This document shows positions 1 through 12,414 of a DNA stretch of 64,000 bases, piece by piece. Source of the stretch: the human T2T-CHM13v2.0 reference genome, Homo sapiens; the NCBI RefSeq assembly GCF_009914755.1, contig NC_060932.1; one strand, 5' to 3'. Numbering within the stretch: position 1 is the first letter of the stretch; every line of letters starts with the position of its first letter. The notes under the pieces were generated by a model that was not told the origin of the DNA, made no database searches, and worked only from the letters and a program-made list of their open reading frames with translations. A program made the translations under genes and the position numbers.

Positions 1-1030
1 AGGAAATCACAAAAGTCAGCCTTGGAACTCAGTGCCCCTGTGCAGGAGGTATTCAGATTAACCTCCTCTAACTTTTATAACCAAGAGCAGAATAAGGAAG
101 ACAGGGCTAAGAAAAATGAGAAACACAGGGAAAGGAGACAGGCTTAACTACTGGCTGCCCTGCAAGCCCACCAGCCCCCTCCAAGTTGCCCTAAGGACAC
201 TCCTCCAGGTAACTGCCATTGGTGTGGAAAGCCAGGCCACTCGAAGGAAAACTGCCCAATGAGATAAATGGGAAAAAACCCCACATGGCTTGTCCTCTCT
301 GCCAGAAGCTCAGCCACTGGGAAGGAGACTGCCCTGAGGGCCAAAGGGACCCTGGGACAGAATCCCAACCCCTGATGGCTTTCAGCTAATGGACTCTCTG
401 CTCTGACTTCCAAATCAGACACTGTCATCAAAAGGATGAAGCCAAGGGCAACTCTGGAGGCAGCAAGTAAAATTGTAAATTTCCCTTTTGGGTTGAAAAG
501 CTGCCTACTCTGTGCTAACCTTCTCTTTGCAACTCTCCTCCAAATCCTGTTGGGTAATCTGGGCAGATGGCATTCCCTCCCTCCAAAAGAAAAGATCCAC
601 CCACCTTTATATTACTTAAGGGACCAATTACCATTCTCCCACCAGTCTCTGGTAAGGTCTAAATATCCTACACCTCTTTGGGACAAAAATATACTTTCCA
701 AGATAAGATGGGTGCTCACTTAATATTTACTCAACCTCTGAATTCATCTGTCTTTCTAATACCCCTGTTTCTCCTAAAAATCTATCTAAATTGTTAACTA
801 ATAACTTCAACCTGGACACTCCTACCTCAGGCGTTTAGAAATAGCCCATATTTATTAAAAGAATCCCTAGCAAAAATCTAACTGAGCAATCTCTTGAGGG
901 GGGATAATTTCTACAGTATGCAGATAACCTCCTTGTCTGTTCTTTCACAGGACTCACACAGCAACATGCAATACAAACCATAACTTCCTAACATAAGGAA
1001 AATGACTTATATCTAATTCAAAGGTTCTAT
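1..1030 (+). mobile_element. Class I (gamma-like) endogenous retrovirus internal region: decayed gag NC, protease and RT remnants
   Basis: Two CX2CX4HX4C knuckles (CHWCGKPGHSKENC from 214; CPLCQKLSHWEGDC from 291, different frame); protease-like FSHQSLVRSKYPTPLWDKNILSK (about 633-702); RT motifs TWTLLPQAFRNSP (about 810-849) and LQYADNLL (911-934). Stops and frameshifts throughout. Confidence 0.9.
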
Positions 1031-4000
1031 GAAACAGAAGATGGTTTTCCTTTGTGTTACGGCTTGGTACCCAAAGCTATGGCACAGTTAGTAGGGTTGC
1101 TAGGGTCACTCAGGGAATGGTAATCCAGAAAACTGGCATGCCAGCAAAAGCATAAGAATTTCTTACCAGTCAGAATTCTGGCCCCTCTTTCTGTGTGCAA
1201 ACCAGTTGTGGGAATGGTAAAAATCACCGTCTCCTCTGCAAAGTTACGATTAATCAGAAAAACGATTCATGAGAATAGTCAAGCTATGGCAAATCTGGTG
1301 TACTTTGTGCTATGAATTTGTCTGTCTGTGTCGTTCTGTCATAAAGAGGAGTACCTTAGGATAGAATGTGGGCCTAGGACTCCTGTAAGCCCACTGTTCT
1401 AGCGGGCCCAGCAAACTCATCAGTAACAAACTTTGCTGCAGCTATCTGAAAAACAAACAAACAAACAAAACAAAACAAACACACCTGAATGAAGCTTCCC
1501 TCTCATCTTGTTTTATGTCCTTGTGACCAGTGGCAGTAGTTTCTCTTGCTCTCTACCATCCAGAGAACAGGAATTTTGGAATTCATGTCATTGTTAGCTC
1601 TAAAAACTTATCTTGAGCAAGTTAAAAGCCATTGCATGCTCAAAATTGACTGCTCTAGGCTCCTTCTGGGAAGAGCAACAGAAACTGCCCAATGCTGTAG
1701 CTTAGTAGCTAAGGCTTCGTGTTTTCCCAATGGAAGCATAGGGTCAGGGTTCAATTCCTGGCTTAGGGAACGAGTACCTTCTGGCTGATATCTGTGTGAC
1801 CTTTTCCATTTGTTAATTCTTTGCCCTTCCATGAATAACTTCTGACTTCCATTTTTGAATTTTCTTTTTTCTGAGCTATCGTTGGAGATTCCGTAAAATC
1901 TCCTTTGGAGATCTTGTAACAACTGCTAACCACCTGTTTGAAAATACCTCACACACTCGTGGTTCAGTCATAACCTTAGTTAAGTCTTATTGATTTCACC
2001 TGTAAGATTACTTTTGTTAAAGTTTAACAGCCAGAAGTATTGGCTGTTTCAAAGTAGGGTAATAAGAGATTTAATAGGATGTTTTTAAGAGTGGTATGGT
2101 TAAAAGTCAGCTTAATTCAGCATATATCCAAGCTCTGCATATATTTAAATGGCCTGTAGGGGTTTTTTTCTCTTCTTGGATCATGTTTTTCTGGAAAAAA
2201 AAAGTTTTATTCTTCTCAGTTGACTGAATTGTTTTTCTCCATTTTGTCTTCTTGCCACTCTTGATGCACACATGAGAGGACCTAAGATAATTTCTAACAG
2301 TCTGGGACTCCTTGGGAAAAACACAGGAGGCTCCCTATATTTTGGAAAAAACTGTTTTGGGAAAAACAGTTTTCCTCATGAAGCCCTAGGAATTGAATGT
2401 GGACAAATCCCTCTCAAATTCTAAGTCTCTGTTCCATGTTGCATTGTGTTATCTGAGTTTTTTTTTTAACTTTTGAGGGTATCAAAAATTATTTCACATT
2501 ATGAGAGAGCTTTGGTATATAATAACTTTGTAGAAAACACACTTTTAGGGATGGCTAATGGCAGTTACAGGGAGGGAGAATACTCAGCTCTTTTCAGGTT
2601 TAGATCAGAGAAGCATGCTTTTGGCCACCTAGAAGGTATAGAACTGTCCCCACTCCTCACTGAGAGATAAGACTCCCATGGGAGATGCACTTGTTCCCTC
2701 TTTTTTTTGGAATCTAGGATCTGGTATGAAAATGGGACTCTTAATTTTGGGGGACCTGTTTTGCCTTCCAGCTGTGCCTGCTTATTAGGCTCTTGAAACT
2801 GCATGCTTTCCTAGCCCTGTTCCTCAAAGGACTCCACCCTGAAGCCAGTAATCCAATTAAGAAAAAATGGCAAATGAGAAATCCTACAACTACTATCTGT
2901 CTGTGTATTTATATGTGTTGTGTGTGTGATGTTAACATATGAAAGAGTTCTGATTAATTGGCTTAAAATCATAAGCACTTAAATAAAATGTTTCATCAGA
3001 AAGATGAAAACTGTGATGCTTTTTAGTTCATGTGACTTAAGTAAGCTTTGGGAAATAAAGATAGTTTTAAAGATTATGGTAAAATAAAAATATCTTCAAA
3101 AGTTTAGACGTTTGATCTAAATTATGCAGGTCAGATATTAGGTTTGCTAAATGCTTTAAGGTCATAAACTGCCTCTTTAACTTTTGAAAATTGTTCAACT
3201 TACCTGCTTTGGAGCAATTAAATTCTAGGTAAGGCCTGGGCACATGTGGAGTTAGCCATGCCCCCGGCTATGCTGGAAAGAACCAAACTTTATGTGCACT
3301 TCTGTCTGGTGTCCTGGGCTCCACACCGAGTACATGATTCACTTACAAAATCCCTTACTTACCAGGTTTTTCACCAAAATTAAAAGTTACTAAGAGTTAA
3401 CATTGTAACATGCAGTTGGAACTATCAAAGAAAAAGTTTTACATACAAAGTGTGTAAGAAAAGCAAAATGTGCTTTTGGTAAAAAAAAAAAAAATTATAA
3501 AAAGGCATAGAAATGTGGATTTTTGCCCAAGTTTAGAGGGTTAAATGATTATTTTAAGTTAAAACAAAGCTACAGATTTGAGCAAGTTATGGGAGGTTTG
3601 TGAAAGATTACTCTTGGAAAAGATATTCTCTGTGTGACTATATTAGCTAAAATTACAGGAGTATTATTCTGTTTATATGTAAATGTAATATTGGAATAAA
3701 AACATAACACAGTTTTATTAGAACATTGTTTTGTTTTACTCTTTAACAGAAAATTGTAAAGGGTTATGAATGGTTTATGAGATCTTACCTTATGGTCAGA
3801 CTGATTAAAATGGAATAAATTGGTCTATATGGTTTTGTTAAGAATTGGGTTTGACATCAATAGTACACTAATATAAAGGTAATATCTGGCTCTCTTTGGG
3901 CTGTATTTGTATAAATATGTTAATATGTGTCCCACAGTTATGCAAAACTCCTGTGATTCTGATACAACTTAGCATATGTTATGAGTAATAATTATAATTG

Positions 4001-4137
4001 CTATGTTAAATTATTGAACGCCACAGAGGTAAGAAATTCCCTTGTCCATTGCATCTATAAGTGTGGCTGCCCTAAGATGTTTGCCACCCACAGACAATTG
4101 TTGTCTTGTTTTGATTATCTTTAAAAGGTAGCTTTGT
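1031..4137 (+). mobile_element. ERV1 MER4-group non-coding internal sequence
   Basis: Contiguous with the gag/pol remnant; AT-rich non-coding sequence resembling MER4/MER41/MER57-type internal regions as I recall them (e.g. TAAGAATTTCTTACCAGTCAG; GCTTTAAGGTCATAAACTGC). No 3' LTR follows. Exact family not resolved. Confidence 0.7.
1450..1482 (+). repeat. (CAAA)n/(CAAAA)n microsatellite
   Basis: Directly visible AAAACAAACAAACAAACAAAACAAAACAAAC. Confidence 0.85.
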
Positions 4138-4640
4138 GCTGGAGGCATCACACTACCTGAATTCAAACTATACTACAAGGCTACATTAACCAAAAGAGTT
4201 ATATAGGCCAATGGAAAAGAACAGAGACCTCAGAAATAATACCACATATCTGCAACCATCTGATATTTGACAAACCTGACAAAAACAAGCAATGGGGAAA
4301 GGATTCCGTATTTAATAAATGGTGCTGGGAAAACTGGTGAGCCATATGCAGAAAATAGAAACTGGACTCCTTCCTTACATCTTATACAAAAATTAACTCA
4401 AGATGGATTAAAGACTTAAATTTAAAACCAAAAATTATAAAAGCCCTAGAAGAAAACCTAGGCAGTATCATTCAGCAATATAGGCACAAGCAAAGACTTC
4501 AGGACTAAAACACCAAAAGCAATTGTAACCAAAGCCAAAATTGACAAATGGGGTCTAATTAAACTAAATAGCTTCTGCACAGCAAAAGATACTACCATCA
4601 GAGTGAACAGGCAACCTACAAAATAGGAGAAAATTTTCGC
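4138..4640 (+). mobile_element. L1PA ORF2 fragment (about 500 bp, no 3' end)
   Basis: GCTGGAGGCATCACACTACCTGA...ACAGGCAACCTACAAAATAGGAGAAAATTTTCGC; homologous to the reverse complement of about 43084-43608 in this window. Confidence 0.95.
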
Positions 4641-4808
4641 TGGAATTACAGGTGTGCCCCACCATGCCCAGCTGATTTATATATTTTTAGTAGAGATGGG
4701 ATTTCACCATGTTGGAAAGTCTGGTCAAGAACTCCTGACCTCAAGAGATCTGCCCGCCTCGGCCTCCCAAAATAGTGGGACGTCCCGCATAAGCCACTGC
4801 TCCTGGAC
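4639..4808 (-). mobile_element. Truncated AluS (left arm, linker and start of right arm; tail missing)
   Basis: GCTGGAATTACAGG...TTTTTAGTAGAGATGGG...CTCCTGACCTCAAGAGATCTGCCCGCCTCGGCCTCCCAAA. Confidence 0.9.
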
Positions 4809-5507
4809 AACATTGTATGCTTCATACCTAAGAAACTCAGTAGTGGAGACTTGTTTGACTTTGACTAACTCAGTTTCTCTAAATTTATTTTACCCTGAAA
4901 TCCTTTTTTCATTAAGCTATTTTTTTTAACATTCTAATAATTTGGGAAACACTGGTTAAGGAACGTGTTTTGAACAAGCCAACAAACAGCAAGAAATGTA
5001 GCAGAAGTGAGGGGCCTGGGGAATAAGAAAAGCTGCACGGAGTCATGAAAATAGAGGCATTAGAAGTTCAGTGCACAATGATCTGAAGCTCCAGGGAGGA
5101 ATCTATAGACCAGGAATGGAAATATCTGTCATTTCAAAGGGAGCAAGCCGAGGAAGCTGCATGGAAAAATACACTCAATCCTGGAATCAGAGTGTAAAAG
5201 CAATGTGCTCGTATGTTTAAAGCCATCCCAGAGGTAGCTTCTGAGAATGTGTGATTCACACCAGCTCCTGAAGCAGTTTCCTTTGGTAGTCTCAATATTA
5301 CTGCGTTTCAACCAAGCCAAGTCAATGAGTGACAGAACTCAATCCGCTTGTCTGGTGTCAGCTAGGAAGCCTGAGAAAACTTTTAAATTACCTTGGGATA
5401 GTAATTCAGTGTTCTGTAAGCCAATGGCTTTTTTTTTTTAATTTTATTTATTTCATTTTGTTTCCTTTAGTAAAATCTTTTGAAACCTGCCAATCTGCCT
5501 GGTGAGA

Positions 5508-5514
<7 letters not shown>

Positions 5515-5541
<27 letters not shown>
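5515..5541. repeat. Poly(T) tract (27 nt)
   Basis: Directly visible homopolymer. Confidence 0.95.
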
Positions 5542-6984
5542 GATAAACTGATCCCAGAAATACTACAGTGTGTGGTAGTGTTAGCAGTGGATTTACCAAT
5601 TAGATTCCACTAAAACTGGTAAAACTCTGGGATAGTCTTGAAGTAAATCCTTCAGACCTGAATGATTTCGAATAGTTATCTGTCTCCCTTACACAGACAG
5701 GGGTTGGCTTTATGTCTCTCCCTTGTCAGTGGGCAAATCACAGTTACGTGCTCTGTTAAAAAGCATATAGCCCTGGAGTATTAATTCATATACGCTATGT
5801 AGCTCAAAGTTTCTTACTACTTTCCTACATGTTATATCCTAAGGATACAATTTCTTAACATGGAAGATGTATTTTTAGTGCTAAGCACACCTTTATGTAC
5901 CACATGTATTTAAATAAGACTAAAATAGAAGAACATATTTATTTCTCTGTCAATAGACGTCATAGAGTTTTCTCTCTCTTTTTTAAATTCTCATGCTTTA
6001 GGGGGAAAGAACCAAAAAAATGGAAGTCCTTTTTAAGTATAATAAGACTTTTGGAAAAATTATTCAATATAAGAAGAAAGTTAAAAAAAAAAAACCAAAC
6101 AACAACAACAACCCCACACAACCTCCCATTTAAAATGTGCTAGTTTGATTTCCAGTATAGAATTTGTTTTCATGTCTTTATTTAGCAGCATTACGGTTGT
6201 TTTTTTTCCATTTGCTGTCCTCATAATTTGGTAGTTAACCTTCTTGTTTTTTAAAAAGAAGTTCTGCCAAAACATGCTGAGCAAGTTGTTTGTTTCTAAA
6301 CCCTGAGAAATCAAAAGTAGCAAGTGAACTTTATTATTATGACATTTTAATTATGAGTGCATTTATGTATTTTTTTCTTTTGATCTTTGAATCACTTCAT
6401 GACCCTGAAGTTTAAATTTGTGAACCTGGGGGATAATAATCATTTAACTAAAGAGTAATTCTAACCTATGTTTATATATAAACAAAGTTATATAAATAAA
6501 TTTATCCCCCAACTTTTCAAAGTAATTTTAACAATTTACATTCATGTCGTGTCAGGACTTTCATATACAGAGTTTCATCCAATTACCAAATAGCTTAGAC
6601 ATTGCCAGGTCAAAAGTTGTTCTTCCCCCAGGACTGTCCTTACCTTTGGTTTGTTTGTTTGCTTGTTTGTTTTTATAAATAAGAAAACTGAAGCTTACAA
6701 ATGGAAAATGATCTCTCTATGGTAATACAAATAGGTGATTTATCCAGATATAAAGATAAAAACAATTCAGCCCTCTTTCCGTAATTCTAGGCTCTCTTTT
6801 AGTATGTAACCAGTTTAACTTAGACTTGGAAAAAGTGGAATGAAAAATGTAATTGCTCTTTCCTAAGCTAGTTACCAACCAAAATAAACCTTTTGAATAG
6901 GTTGTAGAAAGGAAATGAGTAGCCCTTTGTTATAGGGTGAGAAAATAGGGCAGTGGAGTCGCGGAACTGTAGAACCATGCTTTT

Positions 6985-7165
6985 CTCAACAAATCGTTTC
7001 CACGGAAGCCTGTTGAGTGACTACTATGCACTCCGTGTTACATGCTCAGGATAGAAAGATAACGTGACATGATCCCTGGGCTCTGGGAGGACATACTCTG
7101 TGTAAATACAATCTACATATAAATAATATGTATGATAATGTGTGATAAATTCTTTTGGCTCTACA
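6985..7165 (-). mobile_element. L2 3' end remnant
   Basis: CAACAAAT...TTGAGTGACTACTATG...GCTCAGGATAGAAAGATAACGTGACATGATCCCTG resembles the antisense L2 3' terminus; highly diverged. Confidence 0.5.
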
Positions 7166-7180
7166 AAGTACTATGGAGCC

Positions 7181-7375
7181 CAGGAGGGCAGATCTGGTTT
7201 GTGGGTCCGGAAGCTTACACAATTTGATGAGCGTATAGGAGTGGCAGAGGTTTTGGGGGGAGATTTTAGGAAAACATTGCAGAAACTATAAATATAAAAT
7301 TAGGAACAGGGTTCCAATGGGGCCCGTGCAAAGCAGGTCCCTGATGTTTAACCTTTAACTTCACAGTGCTCCTGA
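7181..7375. mobile_element. MER53-like hAT DNA transposon
   Basis: GGTTTTGTGGGTCCGGAAGCTTACACAATTTG...AAATATAAAATTAGGAACAGGG...GGGGCCCGTGCAA matches the recalled MER53 consensus. Confidence 0.75.
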
Positions 7376-7674
7376 TAATAGAAGAGAGAAGAGCCTGGAG
7401 GAGACATCTGAGCAGTCGTCACAGAGTGCAGGAGCTTGTCAAGAGGAAAGACCTAGTGGTCAAAGCAGCTTAGTGACATCAAAGACAGCATCCGAGAATC
7501 CCAAGGAGGAGAAGGAAAATGAATTAGTTCCTTACAGAAAGGGCATCAATGACACTGTAAGTCCCTAATGTGTTCCTCTGCCATAGAAGTTATTCTCTAA
7601 TGCTTAACAATGAAGTGGTTCAACTTGAGTAACTACAGCTATTTCTTAGTTTTTTAAAAAAATCTTTGTCTCCA

Positions 7675-8031
7675 GCTATGGTGTGAATGTTTATGTTCCT
7701 CTCCAAATTCATATGCTGATACCTAATCCTCAGTGCTAACCATAAAGAGGTGGGGACTTTGGGATGTGATTAGGTCATGAGGGTGGAGCCCTCATTAATG
7801 GGATGTGCACCCTCTTAAGAGAGACCCCAGAAAGCTGATTTGCCCCTTTTACCATGTGAGGACACACAGAAGGTATCACCTGTGAGGTACAAACCCTCAC
7901 CAGACATTGCATTTGTTGGCAACTTGATCTTGAACTTCCCAGCTTCCAGAACTGTAAGCAATAAATTTCTACGGTTTATATATTACCCAGTCTAAGATAT
8001 TTTGTCACAGCAGCCTGAACAGAAGAAGACA
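7675..8031 (+). mobile_element. MaLR solo LTR (MLT1A/MLT1A0)
   Basis: GCTATGGTGTGAATGTTT start, GATTAGGTCATGAGGGTGGAGCCCTCAT, CCAGAACTGTAAGCAATAAATTTC, ends ...GAAGACA. Confidence 0.9.
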
Positions 8032-8444
8032 TTACCATATTACAAAACATATTTTAGAAAAAGTGATATCCTCAAATAGTCTTTGTTTTTAAAATGTGAA
8101 TTTAAAATAAGTGTGGATGAAAATGATGAGAATGTTTGTTTGTGTGTAACAAGGCCTTATTTCACAGCACAAATAGGTAAAGAGTGCAGCAAAGGGTGTT
8201 GTCAGGTGAGGAAGCAACTGCGGACTTATGACATCAATTTAAAAAAAAAGACTGATAGAAAGATAGTATGGAATTTCCTAATGTTACTACTAGTTAATGA
8301 CTAATTAATTTTTAACTTTTACTTCATTTTTCAGGAAGGGATTTGATATATTATCTATGTAATAAATTTAACAAGTTAGCAGAACAGAGTTGTAGACAAT
8401 TCCAGACATAACATACACATACAATGAGTTAATGTATCCATCCA

Positions 8445-8630
8445 TCTTCATATTTAGCACTCAGGACAACCCTGAGCAGTTGATGTTCATGTCCCTGGTT
8501 TTATAGACAGGGAAACAGACTCCAGGAGGTTAAGGAGTTTGCCCAAGGGAGTGAAATAGCTCAGGAAAGCATAGCTAGGATGCAAACCAGGCTTCTTGAA
8601 CAAATTGGGTGATGCACTTTTTACCACATC
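8445..8630 (-). mobile_element. MIR SINE
   Basis: Antisense MIR core: TTTTATAGACAGGGAAACAGACTCCAGGAGGTTAAGGAGTTTGCCCAAGG. Confidence 0.75.
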
Positions 8631-8685
8631 ACAGTTGAAGCTCTACAATACATTTTAAAAATCATCCTCAAAGTATGCGTCTAAC

Positions 8686-8761
8686 ATTTTTTTCTATTTT
8701 TTTCCTTTCTAACTTTTATTTTAGGTTCAGGGGTAGATGTACAGGTTTGTTATATGGGTAA
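8686..8761 (-). mobile_element. Severely 5'-truncated old L1PA/L1PB 3' tail
   Basis: T-rich tail followed by AACTTTTATTTTAGGTTCAGGGGTAGATGTACAGGTTTGTTATATGGGTAA. Confidence 0.8.
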
Positions 8762-8809
8762 GGAATAAACCTGATTTCATGTAGCTTGTTTTATGTAGAG
8801 AAAACTGTC

Positions 8810-9000
8810 AAAAATAACAAATAAATGAGTAAAAAATGTAGTATGTTTTGGAGAAAAATGAATGCTTTGGAAAAAAATAAAGCAGGAATGAGGGTCAGCA
8901 TGTGCTGGGAAGGTGAGTGTTGCTATGTTAAATAGTGCTTTTGGGGAAGCCTCACCTATAGGGTGAGATTCTAACAGAGGTGTGCAAGAAGAGAAGCCAT
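8810..9000 (-). mobile_element. L2 fragment
   Basis: ATGCTTTGGAAAAAAATAAAGCAGG...GGGGAAGCCTCAC...GGGTGAGATT typical of antisense L2a. Confidence 0.6.
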
Positions 9001-10002
9001 TCCAGCTAGTGCCCACATGCTGGAGTGTTTTAGGAATCCCATGATAAAAACATACTAACAACAGTATTTCAATGTATTTAGTTTGTGGCTTAATATTTAT
9101 GCATGCATAGATGTAGACATATTATAATACTGAATATAACTGATGAATAAGCTGTTATAATTGATTCATATTTTCTGTATGATTGGAAATCATTCAAATC
9201 CAAACAGGTGAATTTCTTTAATAATTCAGGTTCTTTAATTTCATGTGCATTATTTTCAGCTACTTGGGAAAGTAATCCTATACAGTCCCTGAGCCTAAAA
9301 TACATTTTGTTTTATTCAGTGCTGAGTATTTTAATAATAGGCCCTGATCTACATATTTTACGTCTTTAATTAGTACGCTGTTAGCTGAAGTCACTCTGTC
9401 CTTTGGGACTGACAATTAGTTTAAACTCTTTCTTCCATATCCCCCTGGGTGTTTGATGACCTTTTGATGATCTCTCCAAATTCTCAGAAGCTTGTGATCT
9501 TTTTCAAGGTCCGTCATCTCCCTGACTTTCTGTCTCCCCCAAGGTCTCATTCTCAAGTAAGTCTCATTGTATTCCATTAGCTGGACTTTCTTTTTTCCCG
9601 AGACCAGATGTGGTCCCAATTGTCCCTTAGGTTTTATTTCCCCAGACAATATTCTCAGTGGCATTTTTGTCTGCAAGAGAATCTATTAAGTTTTGAGGCA
9701 ATGAAGTTATTCTGCATTGCTTCACTGTTCTTTAGAAATACCCAACACTGGCAATTTCTCAGCACTGGCATTTCAGCACAGTTCACGGCCACCTATCCCT
9801 TCACCTACACCTGTGTGCTTGGACCCTCCTGTCTTCCCACACACTCACCTTCTTTCTTCTCTGCTCTTCTTTACTCCAAAATGTCTATTTATTTTCTTGT
9901 GCAGAGGAGTTTAACTTTCTCTTTGTTTTCCTCCTGGCGAATTATCCCTTGAGAATTTTGTTTTCTTGTATCTATGGGGGAAGATAAAGTCATCATCTAG
10001 AA

Positions 10003-10522
10003 CAGGGGTTCCCAACCTCTGGTTCATGGCCTGTTAGAAACCAGGCCACACAGCAGGAGGTGAGCAGTAGGCCAGTGAGTGAAGCTTCATCTGCATTTAC
10101 AGCCACTCCCCATCGTTGGTATTACTACCTGAGCTCCACCTCCTGTTAGATCAGCAAAGGCATTAGATTCTCATAGGAGCCTGAACCCTTGAACCCTATT
10201 GTGAACTGTGCATACAATAGGTGGCATGCTCCTTATGAGAATCTAATGTTTGGTGATTTGTATTGATTTGTCACTGTTTCCTATCACCTCCAGATGGGAC
10301 TATCTAGTTGGAGGAAAACAAGCTCAGGGCTCCCACTGATTCTACATTATGGTGAGTTTTATAATTATTTCATTATATATCACAATGTAATAGTACTAGA
10401 AACAGAGGGCACAATAAATGTAATGCACTTGAGTCATATTGAAACCATAACCCCACCCTGGTCCATGGAAAAATTTTCTTCCACAAAACCAGTCCCTGTG
10501 CCAAAAAGGCTTGGGGCCACTG
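10003..10522 (+). mobile_element. MER1A hAT-Charlie DNA transposon, full length
   Basis: Termini CAGGGGTTCCCAA...TTGGGGCCACTG, about 520 bp, perfect 8-bp TSD ATCTAGAA (9995-10002 and 10523-10530). Confidence 0.95.
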
Positions 10523-11273
10523 ATCTAGAAAGAAATGACACACTTCCTTCTTTTCCTCTCAGTTTTGAATGTTAACAATCATCTTCCTCTGCGTTGCACC
10601 TACTATAGCTCTTCAAAAATTACTATTTTTGTTTTATAGAGAAGGAATTTAAAACTTAAAATTCAACATTTTCCCCAAGGCCGCAAAAGAAAAGTTGGGG
10701 TAAAGCTCCAGAGGTTATATTTAGATCGAAATTTAAGGGATATTATGTTATATTATATGGCAATTAATAAGATTGATAGCCTCGTATCCCAAACAGTGCC
10801 ATGGGCTTTCCCAGAGGTTTTTAACCATTTAATTTTGATTAAGATCTCACATCATAAAGTGTAGCCTGACTCTTCCGAAACAATTCCTAGAATGATTGAC
10901 TGATATGACCAGTAATTTCTACTACTATTACATGATATAAAAATGGAAAATATCATTTTTTCACGAGTTAAGTTTTCTACTTTAACGGCTATTTCAATAC
11001 AGAAAAGGCTTCTGTGAATGGCTAATGAATAAAGGAGGTTTTAACGTATTTTATGTACCACCTGGTGGTGTTGACAATAAGTAACATTTTATTATTCTGA
11101 ACTTAATTTAGACATGAAGATGAGCAGTAAATTCTAGTATCTGGTAATTTACAAAGGATAATTAGTGTGTGAAATGTGTGTGTGTTAACCTATGCCAATA
11201 ATTAAACCAAGGTACCCTTTGAATTAAATAATAAATCTCAAACCTGAAATGCATTTTCCCTAAGTCAGAGAAT

Positions 11274-11825
11274 AGTATTCATTATCTACTGATGCCAAAC
11301 AAATCACAACAAACTATGTGGCTTAAAACAACACACATTTCTTATCCTGCAGTTTCTGTGGATCATGAGTCCTGGCATGGCTTTGCTGGGTTCTCTGTTT
11401 CAGGGTTTCTCACAGGCTGTAACAAAATTTTCAGCTAGGCTGGGGTCTCATATCAAGACTCAAGTGGGAAAAGATCTACTTTCAAACTTACATGGCTGCT
11501 AGAAGGATTCAGTTTCTCAAGGGTTGTTGAATTGAGGGCCTTACTTCCTTGCTGGCTGTTGGCTGGAGGTCCCCCTCAGTTTCATGTAGCCTCTCCAGAT
11601 GGTGACTTACTTCAGCAAACACAGCAAGGGAGAGACTCTGCTGGCAACATGGAAGTAACTGTTTTGTGTAATCTAATCCCAGAAGTGACATTCCGCTACT
11701 TTTGCTGTAGTCTGCTTGTTGAAGCAAGTGGCTGGGCCAGTGCACAGTCAAGGGGAGGAGATCAGACAAGAATTATGTTAGGAGACCAGGGTCATCTAGG
11801 ACTATCTTAGAGTCTAGTCACCACA
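11274..11825 (-). mobile_element. MaLR solo LTR (MLT1F-like)
   Basis: GTGGCTTAAAACAACAC...CAGTTTCTGTGGATCATGA...GGCTGGAGG...AGAAGTGACATTCC...CACCACA; about 550 bp. Confidence 0.85.
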
Positions 11826-12047
11826 GGGACAGTGAAAGACAGAACATGCTCCATGACAATCACAAGAAAGGCATTTTACACTTCATGCTCTTTGGGAATA
11901 CCCAATTAAGGTGAATTTCTCAATGTAAGTAAGATAATGATATACAGAGAAAGTAAGGCTGGAGACAGCATCAATGCCCGATAATGATTGGTTGTTTGGT
12001 TGCCTTTATATGCTCTGAGTTTCTAGAGGTTATCTGGTAGACCTACT

Positions 12048-12414
12048 TGATATCGTTTGGCTTTGAGTCCCAACCAAATCTCATGTTGAATTGTAATTCC
12101 CAGTGTTGCAGGAGGGGCCTGGTGGAAGGTGATTGAATCATGGGAGCAGACTTCCCCCCTTGCTGTTCTCATGAGATCTGGTTGTTTGAAAGTGTGTGGC
12201 ACTTCCCCTTCTCTCTCTCTCTTGCTCCTGGCTCCACCATATAAGACATGCTGGCTTCCCCTTCACTTTCCACCATGACTGTAAGTTTCCGGAGGCCTCC
12301 CCAGCCATGTGACCTGTACAGCCTGTGGAACTGTGAGTCAATTAAACCTCTTTTCTCTATAAATTACCCAGTCTCAGGTAGTTCTTTACAGCACTGTGAG
12401 AACAGACGAATACA
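12048..12414 (+). mobile_element. MaLR solo LTR (MSTA)
   Basis: TGATATCGTTTGG...CCAAATCTCATGTTGAATTGTAAT...ATTAAACCTC...AATACA with perfect 5-bp TSD CTACT (12043-12047, 12415-12419). Confidence 0.95.
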
